Shown: positions 9,664 to 18,617 of the stretch, one piece after another
How positions within the stretch are numbered: the first letter of the stretch is position 1
How the letters are laid out: each line of letters opens with the position of its first letter
IMG/VR virus record: IMGVR_UViG_3300032328_000934
Span: 1-64,000 of that record
DNA: 64,000 nucleotides
From: a virus
Lineage: Duplodnaviria > Caudoviricetes
Direction: 5' to 3' (one strand)
Translations under genes and position numbers: made by a program
The notes under the pieces: model-generated
Told to the model about the DNA's origin: nothing
What the model saw: the letters and a program-made list of their open reading frames with translations, nothing else
Databases searched by the model: none

Positions 9664-10307
9664 TAAACAAACTTATTATTGACTCGTCTTCAAGCCGCAC
9701 ACCCCTGTGCGATCTAGGGGTAAAGTACCCTACGGATAAATCACCGTACAACATAGGCTCAAGTAGTGGCCATCGGCACGCATATACGGCTGTCTACGAT
9801 CTTTTGTTCTCATCCATTCGCCACAAGCCACTAATTGTAGGAGAAATTGGCATTGAAAGTAACCACTCCATGATGTGCTGGCGAGAATACTTTCCCGCAG
9901 CACAACTCACTGGTTGGGAATACCACCATGACAAGATGATTAAGGCTGTTGACGATATGCTCAGCAACACACGGTATATCTATATGGATGTGGGATCGGA
10001 GGCTTCTATTGCCGATGGATTTCGCCGTACCGTTAGTGAGTTTGACATTATCATTGATGACTCAACGCACAACTTCGACGATCAAATGCGGGTACTCAAA
10101 TATGTACACGAGTATTTAAAGCCCGGCGGCTACTTCATTATTGAGGACATTTTTAAAGCGCGGTCAGAGTCTGACTACGAGTCAGCATTGGCCCCGTACA
10201 TGCAGTACTACACCTCGGCTACATTTATCGAAGCTAATCATGCGAACAAAGATTCAGGTACATGGAACAATGACAAACTGCTTGTACTTGTGCGAGGTAC
10301 CAATTGA
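9660..10307 (+). CDS. class I SAM-dependent methyltransferase (glycan/small-molecule type)
   Basis: VGEIGI, W.EYFP, FDIIIDDSTH, LKPGGYFIIED. Confidence 0.8.
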   Translation: MINKLIIDSSSSRTPLCDLGVKYPTDKSPYNIGSSSGHRHAYTAVYDLLFSSIRHKPLIVGEIGIESNHSMMCWREYFPAAQLTGWEYHHDKMIKAVDDMLSNTRYIYMDVGSEASIADGFRRTVSEFDIIIDDSTHNFDDQMRVLKYVHEYLKPGGYFIIEDIFKARSESDYESALAPYMQYYTSATFIEANHANKDSGTWNNDKLLVLVRGTN

Positions 10308-10879
10308 TTCATATTATTACTCCCTGTACTCGACCGGAGAATCTTGCAGTGATGCAGCAGTCAATTCCGCCCGAATGTACGTGGACAATTGTACTAGACA
10401 GTTCTGTCTCTGAGATGCCGGAGGGGGGTGGGTTAAAAGCAACAATCTACCGCTCACCAAATACAGGTCATTGGGGTAACCCCAATCGCAATTTTGCACT
10501 TGAGCACATGTATTTTGACGATTTGGATTGGATTTATGTGTTGGATGACGACAACATCATTCACCCAGAATGGTACAAACATGTTAAAGATTTAAATAGT
10601 ACCGAGCTAACTATGGTAGGTTGGGGCCAAGTGTGGCAGAACGGCAGTGTGCGGCTACATCCGTCTTCAGTACCACGTGTTGGTGAGATTGATACATCCT
10701 GCTATATGGTTCGCGGCCGTGTAATGAAGCACGAGCGGTACGCTATGGATTACACAGCCGACGGTATGATGGCTGAGCGGGTTTTTACTTACGGCGGGTA
10801 CCACTGTTTAAATGAGTATCTTGGATATTATAATTACCTTCGCACTCCACCGGAGAAAGCATCTTGGGAGTCTAAATGA
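10304..10879 (+). CDS. GT-A fold glycosyltransferase (family 2-like)
   Basis: IITPCTRPENL, WIYVLDDDN (DxD), IDTSCY, ADG. Confidence 0.7.
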   Translation: MIHIITPCTRPENLAVMQQSIPPECTWTIVLDSSVSEMPEGGGLKATIYRSPNTGHWGNPNRNFALEHMYFDDLDWIYVLDDDNIIHPEWYKHVKDLNSTELTMVGWGQVWQNGSVRLHPSSVPRVGEIDTSCYMVRGRVMKHERYAMDYTADGMMAERVFTYGGYHCLNEYLGYYNYLRTPPEKASWESK

Positions 10880-12285
10880 ACACACAAGTTTTCCTTGTAA
10901 ATTGGGACGCAACATACGACAGAGTAGTGCGCGCAGAGAACCAATTACTGGCCGCTGGTATTAAGTATACAGTGCTTGATTCGGGCGGTGCAAAAGAACC
11001 TCGACCCAACTGGGTTAATATCGGGGATGTACGCTTCTACGGTCAACTGTACGAAGCTCTTAAACGGATGCAGGGTGAAGACTACTGTATCTTTGTACTA
11101 GGCGACGCGGGCTTTGATCAGATAGGGCCGTTTGTCAGCCGGGTAGTAGAGTGCGGTAGTATCTATAACATGGGTGTCTTTGCTCCGCACTACTCCCACT
11201 CTCCATGGGGGCCAGCTCAGACTACGCTAGAATCAATTCCGGGCAGTAACTCGTTAGTTATAGCTAGTCAGACAGATGGAATTGCGACGGCTTTTCATAA
11301 AGATGTCTATACCGTGTTGTTAAACTACATGGCCTACTTAGATAGTCAGGTAGGTATTGTTAACTTACGCACGGGTTGGGGCATGGATTACATATGGTGT
11401 GCGATCTCGGTGTTGCTAGGGAAGTATATTATTAGAGATACGCACATGATCGCGCAGCATCCTCAAGGGAGTAGTTACGATCATGGCGAGGCAGCACATG
11501 AGATGAACTTAGTCATGAGTACTTACTCTCAGTGGTCGGAGTTACCTGAGCAAGTGGGGTACATCTATAATCAAGCGCAGCGAAAAATGAGTCAAGACCC
11601 AGCAGTAACTACGAAAAGTCTTTATGGAAATGCAGACTTATTTATAAATACGAAAGAACTCGTCTATCACATTATTCGCATCAGTGACGATAGGTCTTAT
11701 TTAGTAGACAAAGCACTCTCTGTGCTGGGTAATAAATGGCTACCGATTACAGCAGTGAACGGGTATGACAAAACCTCACGTTCGGAGTTTGAGGCTTTGA
11801 ATCCAAATGTTAAAAGTTTACTTTTCAAGGATGGGGAGTTTGGATGTTTTGCCAGTCATTACATGTTTTGGAAGTATGTGGTAGACAACAACATCGAGCA
11901 GGCTGTCGTGCTTGAAGATGACGCGGATGTGCAAAACAATTTTCCTTTTATGTACCAGCAGGCGTTAAGTTTACTGCCGCCAACATATGAGGTATTTAGT
12001 ATGTATGTTGATAAGAACCAGTATGGACGATTCAATGAAAGTCTGCGTGTGAATAATTACATTGCACGCGGGTATCAGGATTGGTCAACGCTTAGCTACG
12101 TGGTCTCTTTAAAAGGGGCCAAAAAATTAATTGAAATTGTAGAGCGCAACGGCATGGATCAACCGGTGGATTGGTTTATCTTTAGAAATGGCCACGATGG
12201 TAACCTAGAGGTTTATACGTGGACGCCATCTGTTGTGCCCCCAGTCATCATTGACAACAGTACACCGCCACAAATCAAACGGTAG
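10876..12285 (+). CDS. two-domain glycosyltransferase with C-terminal GT25-like domain
   Basis: C-terminal GEFGCFASHY...AVVLEDDA...TLSYVVS.KGAKKL...PVDWF; N-terminal GT-A-like half with GWGMD. Confidence 0.75.
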   Translation: MNTQVFLVNWDATYDRVVRAENQLLAAGIKYTVLDSGGAKEPRPNWVNIGDVRFYGQLYEALKRMQGEDYCIFVLGDAGFDQIGPFVSRVVECGSIYNMGVFAPHYSHSPWGPAQTTLESIPGSNSLVIASQTDGIATAFHKDVYTVLLNYMAYLDSQVGIVNLRTGWGMDYIWCAISVLLGKYIIRDTHMIAQHPQGSSYDHGEAAHEMNLVMSTYSQWSELPEQVGYIYNQAQRKMSQDPAVTTKSLYGNADLFINTKELVYHIIRISDDRSYLVDKALSVLGNKWLPITAVNGYDKTSRSEFEALNPNVKSLLFKDGEFGCFASHYMFWKYVVDNNIEQAVVLEDDADVQNNFPFMYQQALSLLPPTYEVFSMYVDKNQYGRFNESLRVNNYIARGYQDWSTLSYVVSLKGAKKLIEIVERNGMDQPVDWFIFRNGHDGNLEVYTWTPSVVPPVIIDNSTPPQIKR

Positions 12286-12316
12286 TCGTGTATAATACAT
12301 GTAGCGAGTAAGCTCC

Positions 12317-12362
12317 AATAGTTTGTGGAGCGTAGAATTGATTTCACGCTCCACAAATTATT
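12317..12362 (+). other. 17-bp hairpin upstream of tRNA (terminator or processing signal)
   Basis: AATAGTTTGTGGAGCGT / ACGCTCCACAAATTATT inverted repeat, one G-U pair. Confidence 0.55.
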
Positions 12363-12389
12363 TTGTTGCAGATCCACACTCTACAAACT

Positions 12390-12464
12390 GGGCCAATAGC
12401 TCAAAGGCAGAGCACGTTGCTCATAACAATTTGGTTCTTGGTTCGAATCCAAGTTGGCCCACCA
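12390..12464 (+). tRNA. tRNA with CAT anticodon, probably Ile2 (lysidine type)
   Basis: GGGCCAA/TTGGCCC acceptor stem, CTCATAA loop, GTTCGAA T-loop, CCA end; C4-G69 and C5-G68 match known TilS determinants. Confidence 0.88.
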
Positions 12465-12489
12465 AGTAAATTTAACAAGGGGATTTATT

Positions 12490-12903
12490 TTGAAAAGTTT
12501 TACTATTAGACCGTTCTTTGACATGCGCGATAAAGATTGGCCTGTTGAAGCGTTGATTGACTTACCGCAGGGGGCGACGCTTACTGTAGAACAGTTCGCA
12601 AACTTTGTGTACTGGCACATACATTACGACCCTGACTATAAAACTGTAGTAAAGCGATCCGTAATACTCGCAACGACAGGTCAACAAGTACCGGATAACT
12701 ACGAGCACGTCGGTACACTTATGCCCTACACTGAGTCAGAAAGTGCTGAGGGCGAGACAATCGAGCAGACGGGGAGCGATTTTCAGGTTCCTTCGGAAGA
12801 GGAATTCTATGATAGTTATCGATTGATTAACGCCTACATCGCACCGGAGCCTACTGCCAAAGCACCACTAAAAAGCTGGTCTTTTGGGAAGGATAACAAA
12901 TGA
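12490..12903 (+). CDS. hypothetical protein
   Basis: TTG start at 12490 after AAGGGG; ORF-track start overlaps the tRNA. Confidence 0.6.
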   Translation: MKSFTIRPFFDMRDKDWPVEALIDLPQGATLTVEQFANFVYWHIHYDPDYKTVVKRSVILATTGQQVPDNYEHVGTLMPYTESESAEGETIEQTGSDFQVPSEEEFYDSYRLINAYIAPEPTAKAPLKSWSFGKDNK

Positions 12904-13205
12904 ACATTGACTTAGAGAACTTAGGCCGCTTAACTGACTTGATGGAAACTATTAGCGCCGCTACTAGAACTGATTTAATGAATACCGCATATGAGTACCC
13001 AGAACTCATAGAGCGACGAGATCTCTTCGAACGTATTGCAACAACTACCCGGATGACCCACAATTATCTTAGGTATGTAGTAGAGATATACGATCAGAGC
13101 GATCCACTTGCATTTTTAAAAGAGATCGACGCCCAGTTAGTTGGCACTACACCGACAGATGTATTGGCCAAGTATCGGGATTTGTTTGACTATAATGGAG
13201 ACTAA
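12900..13205 (+). CDS. hypothetical protein
   Basis: ATGA-coupled ORF. Confidence 0.6.
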   Translation: MNIDLENLGRLTDLMETISAATRTDLMNTAYEYPELIERRDLFERIATTTRMTHNYLRYVVEIYDQSDPLAFLKEIDAQLVGTTPTDVLAKYRDLFDYNGD

Positions 13206-13207
13206 TT

Positions 13208-13579
13208 ATGGACGACATGATTGAGGTATTGCACGCGCAGGACTTAAAGAACCCTGCATGGAGCAGTGCTATGATGAGCGTATTATCGCACTCGGTACCT
13301 AATGAGGTAGTAATGGCCATTCAGGACGTTGCATTTGATGAACTGCTGCGTCCTTATCTGGTAGATATTGCAGTAGAGGTAATCAACTCATGGAATGAAG
13401 AGCGGGGCATCAAAGATCGATGGGCGATCATTGACGGTAATCTTTGGAAGAGTGGGCCGGGGGATAGCATTGTACGACCTGAGCAATTAAAGGCCGCTGA
13501 TATTCCATCAGTAGACTATGACGAAGCGTACATTAAACGGCTGATCGAATCAGCTGAAGAAGAGGAAGGTATTGTATGA
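13208..13579 (+). CDS. hypothetical acidic protein
   Basis: GGAG RBS, operonic. Confidence 0.6.
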   Translation: MDDMIEVLHAQDLKNPAWSSAMMSVLSHSVPNEVVMAIQDVAFDELLRPYLVDIAVEVINSWNEERGIKDRWAIIDGNLWKSGPGDSIVRPEQLKAADIPSVDYDEAYIKRLIESAEEEEGIV

Positions 13580-13764
13580 AGGAACTACGCTGTGGGTGTA
13601 AGAAGTCCCGGGTGCAAACTATTCTTTGTGATAGACATGCAACACAAGAACTAGAAAGTGCTGCACGACGTCTCGAAGATAATCCCGGGCGGTATTACTT
13701 TCAGGAGAGTTTAATTAACAGATTATCTCTACAACAAGAGAAAGAAGAAGAAGGAGAAGACTAG
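13576..13764 (+). CDS. hypothetical protein
   Basis: ATGA-coupled ORF. Confidence 0.55.
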   Translation: MKELRCGCKKSRVQTILCDRHATQELESAARRLEDNPGRYYFQESLINRLSLQQEKEEEGED

Positions 13765-13947
13765 ATGAAATTCATTGTACTCATGGTCGCTGCAGCATTA
13801 ATTGTATCAGTTGCAATGGCCTTCCTAACCGTGTGGATGTTGCGTGTATTTGGTATGGACATCGACTACTCATGGCAAAGTCTTTTAGCAGTGTGGATCA
13901 CCTTGGCAGTAGTCAACGGAATCGCAATGCGTGCGAAGGAGCATTAA
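13765..13947 (+). CDS. small membrane protein (2 TM)
   Basis: Two hydrophobic segments in 60 aa. Confidence 0.6.
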   Translation: MKFIVLMVAAALIVSVAMAFLTVWMLRVFGMDIDYSWQSLLAVWITLAVVNGIAMRAKEH

Positions 13948-13949
13948 CT

Positions 13950-14222
13950 ATGGTAATAACTGAGCTTTTACAATGTCAAACAGAGAGAGAATTGATCACT
14001 GTAACTAAGATGCATAATGGTCTACTGACGTGCAATGAGAATACTCCGGACGCAGGCATCCCTACAGTCGGGTTTAACGACAAAGGGCACTTTGCGTTGG
14101 CCTTAAAGAAGGAACCGAAGACGCGCGTGTACCATGCAACCTTTGTTACGCACACGCTGCGAATACATTGTAGCTGTATTGGCGATCAACTCGTTGTTAC
14201 CGGCATCGACGAACTCGATTAA
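13950..14222 (+). CDS. hypothetical protein
   Basis: ATG 13950 after GGAG; last gene of the + block. Confidence 0.55.
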   Translation: MVITELLQCQTERELITVTKMHNGLLTCNENTPDAGIPTVGFNDKGHFALALKKEPKTRVYHATFVTHTLRIHCSCIGDQLVVTGIDELD

Positions 14223-14464
14223 TCCACATTTTGTCCACACGTTATCCACATTGTTACCCACTCTACATAAAAACTAGGGTGGGTTTCTATATGCACAACG
14301 TTGGCCTGTTCGTTACTTTGTTCACATATATGAACATTCGAATGTTCTAGCGTATGATATAATTGCCACTTTCTTTTTCATTGCGCTTTTTTCTAGCTGA
14401 AACAGCTATAAATGGGCTAATATTGTGAAAAAATGCACAAAAAGTTGACATAAAGTTATCCACA
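14220..14464 (+). promoter_or_regulatory. DnaA-box cluster
   Basis: TAATCCACA 14220, TTGTCCACA 14231, perfect TTATCCACA 14242 and 14456, TTGTTCACA 14318. Confidence 0.65.
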
Positions 14465-14785
14465 ATGCCAGTGACACTGCGATTTGGCCACCAAAAGTAT
14501 ACAAAACTGGCCAATGTGTATCGTGTAACGAGAAAAATTATAATAAAAGATGCGTGTAAGTGATTAGTGAGATTATGTCGACAGTGTTTTAGCGCATTGT
14601 GATGCGGAAATCGTCGATCGGCCGGGCGTCAAAGCAACATTAGAACCGTAATGTTGTTTTTAATATTTTTTACAGCTTTTTTCCCCCGAGCCCCCTTAGA
14701 GCTCGCCTCCCCCGAGCCCCCTCCTGAGTCGTTCGGTTACTTTCCCGAGGCTCCATCGAACGCAGTGAGATGAGCCGAGGTGTGT

Positions 14786-14978
14786 GGGGCTCTGGGCAGG
14801 GGCTCTGGGCGGGGACTTAGTACAGGGCCATCAAACAACCGCAGTTGTTTGGTGCCCTGTTGACAATACCATTCATCAATTCATGCGTGAATTGATGAAT
14901 GACCCGAGCGTGGGGGAGCTAATCGCATGCATAAAAAAAGGGAGACCAGACCCACGCGCACGTGGTGTCTGATCTCCC
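14786..14978. repeat. intergenic module E (G-tracts, hairpins H1 and H2, - strand terminator)
   Basis: G-tracts 14786-14814, H1 14823-14859, H2 14870-14901, terminator 14933-14978; homologous to modules at 25-27 kb. Confidence 0.9.
14933..14978 (-). terminator. intrinsic terminator of the early block
   Basis: GGGAGA..CAGAC..CACG/CGTG..GTCTG..TCTCCC stem followed by T7 on the - strand, just after stop at 14992. Confidence 0.8.
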
Positions 14979-14991
14979 CTCGGTTCCGAGA

Positions 14992-15807
14992 CTAGTTGTG
15001 GACGATGAACAGCACTGACCCTGCGAGGCCAATGATTTTATTCCGTTTGCGGTACACCATGTAGTCTTGGTACTTGTGCATGTGAATGCGTTCTGGGTCT
15101 AGGTGGGCGCACCACCCACACTGTGCACACGATGCTGACTTGCCAGTCTGCTCGGTACACCCGACTGTAACTTCGCCAAGGGAACGCAGGAAAGCGAGTG
15201 CTTCCTCGTACTCAGCGGTAACTACAGCCCACGCAACGTGCCAACCCATGCTCAGGGCCAACTGTGCGTCCTCTCGCGTCTGTACCGACGCAAGGAAGAT
15301 GTGCTTCAGTGGTTGAGCATCGGCCATCTGCCAACAGGCGGTAAAGCCAATCAACGGAACGCCAAGGTCCATGAACTTGACTGCGGTATCGCAGATAAGG
15401 TCCACGTGTTCCGACCACACTTCGCCAGTGTGTGGGTGAAGAATGTCTCCGCCTGTATGCCAGCGGAAGATGTCGATGATGCGGTCACCAGCAATGTGCA
15501 AGCCCAGCATTGCATCGATACGAGCACGCACGCGCAAGAGGCCAAAGTTGTCGAACGTAGCACCGACGTACGCTTTCTCTGTGGTTGAGAAGCGCACGTG
15601 ACCTTTGGTGGCGTAGCAGGACTTGAATCCTGCTGGCCGTTCACTCGCACGCTCACTGACTGGATGGAATAGGCAAGTGGTCGGACAGGTAGGGCCTACC
15701 GGACTGTAGGTTGTACCGCCGGTGAACTTACCCTTGATTGGGCCAACCAACTTGGTGTTCGCAGTGTCGATAACCAACTTGATTGGCGTGTTTGGCGCTT
15801 TTGCCAT
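14992..15807 (-). CDS. Gp88-like Cys-rich (putative Fe-S) phage protein
   Basis: TCPTTC, CYA, FRWHTGGD, C-terminal C...CAQCGWC; start ATG 15807 after GGGAG. Confidence 0.55.
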   Translation of the reverse strand: MAKAPNTPIKLVIDTANTKLVGPIKGKFTGGTTYSPVGPTCPTTCLFHPVSERASERPAGFKSCYATKGHVRFSTTEKAYVGATFDNFGLLRVRARIDAMLGLHIAGDRIIDIFRWHTGGDILHPHTGEVWSEHVDLICDTAVKFMDLGVPLIGFTACWQMADAQPLKHIFLASVQTREDAQLALSMGWHVAWAVVTAEYEEALAFLRSLGEVTVGCTEQTGKSASCAQCGWCAHLDPERIHMHKYQDYMVYRKRNKIIGLAGSVLFIVHN

Positions 15808-15860
15808 GCGAGTCTCCCAATATACGTAGAAAGTTGTTGTGGCCTCTACCCTCATCCTTC

Positions 15861-16202
15861 CTAATGGTCGTCTACGTTCAACAGTTCCTTGTATTGGGGC
15901 AAGTAGCCTCTTGATACGAAGTGCTTATACATCCTCTCCTGCGACTCGTCTATGATTGCCTGATACTCAGGATGCTTGTAGACGAGTTCACCGGCCCGCC
16001 ACTTTTCGAGGATGACTCGACCGTGGCCCGGACGCGTACGCGATTGGATAATTGCCTCGATCTCGGGACACTCAGCGGAACCGCTCTTACAGAAGTAGCG
16101 AATTACCGAGAGCCTGCTCGATGTTGTGTACCAGCTCCCGTAAATCTTCCGCGGGTACCAACACAGGAACTGAAGTAGCAAATAGGTTTGGTAGTCGGTC
16201 AC
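15861..16202 (-). CDS. hypothetical protein
   Basis: GTG start after AAAGGAG. Confidence 0.6.
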   Translation of the reverse strand: MTDYQTYLLLQFLCWYPRKIYGSWYTTSSRLSVIRYFCKSGSAECPEIEAIIQSRTRPGHGRVILEKWRAGELVYKHPEYQAIIDESQERMYKHFVSRGYLPQYKELLNVDDH

Positions 16203-16212
16203 GGGTTCTCCT

Positions 16213-17046
16213 TTACTTAAGAAAGTTAACTGCCTCATTGGCCAAACTCAATGCCCGCCGTATTGCCGTCTTGTCTTGCTTGAGGAGTTCATTCCAGTTG
16301 GCAAGGTAGGACAGGATGTTCGCATCTGACTCTGGTGTGATGCCGAACGTGGACGCTACGAACACACTACCCAACTCGGCTACCAGTTCCTCAAAGGCAT
16401 ACGCCTTGTCTTTGTGGTTACCGATATTGATTCGACCAAGACGGCTTGGATGGCCCGTCCAATGGATTGTCTCATGAGCAAGCACAGACCAGTAGTTGTC
16501 CTCTACTGGAAAGCTTTCGACAGGAGGCATGGTGATGTCGTCTGAGGCTGGACGATAGTACGCCTGAAACCCGGTGTTGACCCGGATATGGTGGCGTTCC
16601 AGCATTGCAGTAAACCGGTCTCGCACCGCGGTCTCGGACTCCTTTACTACTTCGACTGGTGGCTCCCAACCCTCCACTTGGGTTGAGTTGAAGACAACGA
16701 TGTGTCGCCAGTACACGTACTGGCCGATAACCTCCTCGTTTGCGTCTTTCTTGTCTACCATGGTTGGGTTCTTCACTAGCGTGATGCCCTTGGCACCAGC
16801 CTTGATTTTAGCACCCAACTTTTGCCACTGCGGGAATGTGGCATAGAACTGGGTGTGCTCCGTCTGAGCAAATGCCCGATACATTGCGAGGTAGACAGCG
16901 TTGTTACCGCTGTAGACATGGCCAGTCATGGCGTTTTGAGCGGAACCGCCTTTCCACGGTCGTACCCACTTCCCGGTTTTCATACCGCTCTCGATCGCAT
17001 TCACCAGCTTTTCGACAAGCATCTCTGCCGGTTTTTGATTGCTCAT
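16213..17046 (-). CDS. ardC: ArdC-like antirestriction / ssDNA-binding protein with zincin-like domain
   Basis: WVRPW, Y.G.N, YATF.QW..LG, VFN..QV, PP...F, HETIHWTGHPSRL, YAFEELVAELGS. Confidence 0.9.
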   Translation of the reverse strand: MSNQKPAEMLVEKLVNAIESGMKTGKWVRPWKGGSAQNAMTGHVYSGNNAVYLAMYRAFAQTEHTQFYATFPQWQKLGAKIKAGAKGITLVKNPTMVDKKDANEEVIGQYVYWRHIVVFNSTQVEGWEPPVEVVKESETAVRDRFTAMLERHHIRVNTGFQAYYRPASDDITMPPVESFPVEDNYWSVLAHETIHWTGHPSRLGRINIGNHKDKAYAFEELVAELGSVFVASTFGITPESDANILSYLANWNELLKQDKTAIRRALSLANEAVNFLK

Positions 17047-17061
17047 GGCAACCTCCATCTG

Positions 17062-17093
17062 TAATTGCCGGAAGTAACGTGGCCCCGGCACTC
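17062..17093 (-). repeat. conserved leader hairpin R1
   Basis: - strand GAGTGCCGGGG-CCACGTTAC-TTCCGGC-AATTA just upstream of the ardC RBS. Confidence 0.85.
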
Positions 17094-17099
17094 GACTAA

Positions 17100-17633
17100 C
17101 TACTTGAGGGTCGCGAATGGACCCCACTCAACCATATCCAACACGGTGATGTCGTCATTGGATATGTTGGACTCTTCGATACCACTGTACAGGTCGATGG
17201 GGGAGTCCATGCTCCCGTAGTGGCAGGATAGAAGCTCTCTGCCTTTCAGGAGCAAGCTAATTGCCTGCCCTGTGTCACAGATGTGTCTTGGATTGTACGC
17301 CTTAAAGACGACTTCCCGCAACTCACGTGGGTCTTTCATCCAGACCTCACGTTCTAAGAATGCAACGATCGCCGAGGGCGTCCGTTGCATACTCTTGCGC
17401 GTCCACTCTTCGAAGCGCATCACGACGGGTGCCCGCTTTAAGAACAGGATGCCAACTGCATCCTGCTGAACCATGTGGTCCAACAGGATGGTCGTTGTTG
17501 TGGTCGGGTCATACATCCACTGTTCGCTGTCGTTATCTTCCAATAAGGCATCCGCAAAGGTGAGCCACAGTCTCTTGTTCTCTGGCCGAGATAGCCACTG
17601 CTTTCGGATGGCAAGCGTGTCACGTTTAGTCAT
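17100..17633 (-). CDS. hypothetical protein
   Basis: 177-aa operonic ORF. Confidence 0.65.
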   Translation of the reverse strand: MTKRDTLAIRKQWLSRPENKRLWLTFADALLEDNDSEQWMYDPTTTTTILLDHMVQQDAVGILFLKRAPVVMRFEEWTRKSMQRTPSAIVAFLEREVWMKDPRELREVVFKAYNPRHICDTGQAISLLLKGRELLSCHYGSMDSPIDLYSGIEESNISNDDITVLDMVEWGPFATLK

Positions 17634-18094
17634 TAGATAAAATCCTTTAGGTTATACCACATTTCCCCTAATGAATATGCCGGGTCATTGAGCTTCCCGC
17701 TGACTGGGTACGTTTCGTTACGTACACAGGTTATGTACCCATCGGTACGCTCCTGCTCAATCATGCTTACTTCTCCCGCTGTAAACGGGGTAAAGGGCTT
17801 TATGCAGAAGCTGTGGGTGACGTGGTACTCTTCTTCCCCGTAGCGGTTTGGGCCATAGTGAACATCATCGAACTTTTGCACCCAAAATGGTACTGGCGTG
17901 CTACTGTCATTAATGTACATCTCCCAGAGGTAGTGAAAAGTGAAAGGCATGTAACCTAGCAAGGTATCCAATTCAACAAAGATTTTGTTCAAGTCCTCGG
18001 GCGTAGCCGAGTCCCTTTCGTACTCGATGGTTTGTTTAGCTTCATACGGTAGGTTCTCGTATGACAGCCAGAATACCAGTTTGATTTTTTGCAT
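17633..18094 (-). CDS. hypothetical protein
   Basis: 153 aa, AGGAG RBS. Confidence 0.65.
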   Translation of the reverse strand: MQKIKLVFWLSYENLPYEAKQTIEYERDSATPEDLNKIFVELDTLLGYMPFTFHYLWEMYINDSSTPVPFWVQKFDDVHYGPNRYGEEEYHVTHSFCIKPFTPFTAGEVSMIEQERTDGYITCVRNETYPVSGKLNDPAYSLGEMWYNLKDFI

Positions 18095-18099
18095 GCTAC

Positions 18100-18139
18100 T
18101 TCTCCTAGTTAAGTAAAGCTTGAATGGTTAGCTACTCCA
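18100..18139 (-). repeat. second leader repeat family, copy 1 (copy 2 at 18573-18611)
   Basis: GGAG(T)AGCTAACCA.T.AAGCTT.ACTTA..TAGGAGAA upstream of two consecutive genes. Confidence 0.7.
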
Positions 18140-18145
18140 TATTAA

Positions 18146-18568
18146 TTACGAAACGATTACGTAGAATCCATCACGTTCGTCGGCGTCATCGGGTATTGCG
18201 CCCCGTTTCACCTCCCAACCCTCGGGCATTAGCCACTTAAAATGGTTGAGTAACTTTGTTTCGCGGATTGCCCGCAACGTCCAGAACGCTTTGGTGAGGC
18301 CTCTGAATTGTTCACGTTCTTCCAGCCATTCCTCCCGTGCTTCAACTACTTCGTCCCACAATTCCTGCGGGTATGCCCAGCACTGGTTGGCCAACTGCTG
18401 TGCAAGTCCTTTGTCGTCGTCCTCAAGGACGTAATCGTACGTGAAGATGACGTGGATGCCAGAGGGGATAAGTTTCAACTCTGCGTAGGTGGCCAATTTC
18501 TTTTTGAGGAATCTCTTATCCTCCATCTTCATCCGACTCTTGTAGAGTATCTGCTGTAATCGTTCCAT
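18146..18568 (-). CDS. hypothetical protein
   Basis: 140 aa, AGGAG RBS. Confidence 0.65.
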   Translation of the reverse strand: MERLQQILYKSRMKMEDKRFLKKKLATYAELKLIPSGIHVIFTYDYVLEDDDKGLAQQLANQCWAYPQELWDEVVEAREEWLEEREQFRGLTKAFWTLRAIRETKLLNHFKWLMPEGWEVKRGAIPDDADERDGFYVIVS

Positions 18569-18617
18569 GGTATTCTCCTAACTAAGTGAAGCTTAAGTGG
18601 TTAGCTCTCCACATGTA

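Noticed and set aside
12390-12464. Initiator tRNA-fMet
   Set aside because: It has a paired G1-C72 and lacks the three consecutive G-C pairs in the anticodon stem.
14784-14972. 62-aa plus-strand ORF in module E
   Set aside because: It lies entirely within the structured repeat and has no RBS.
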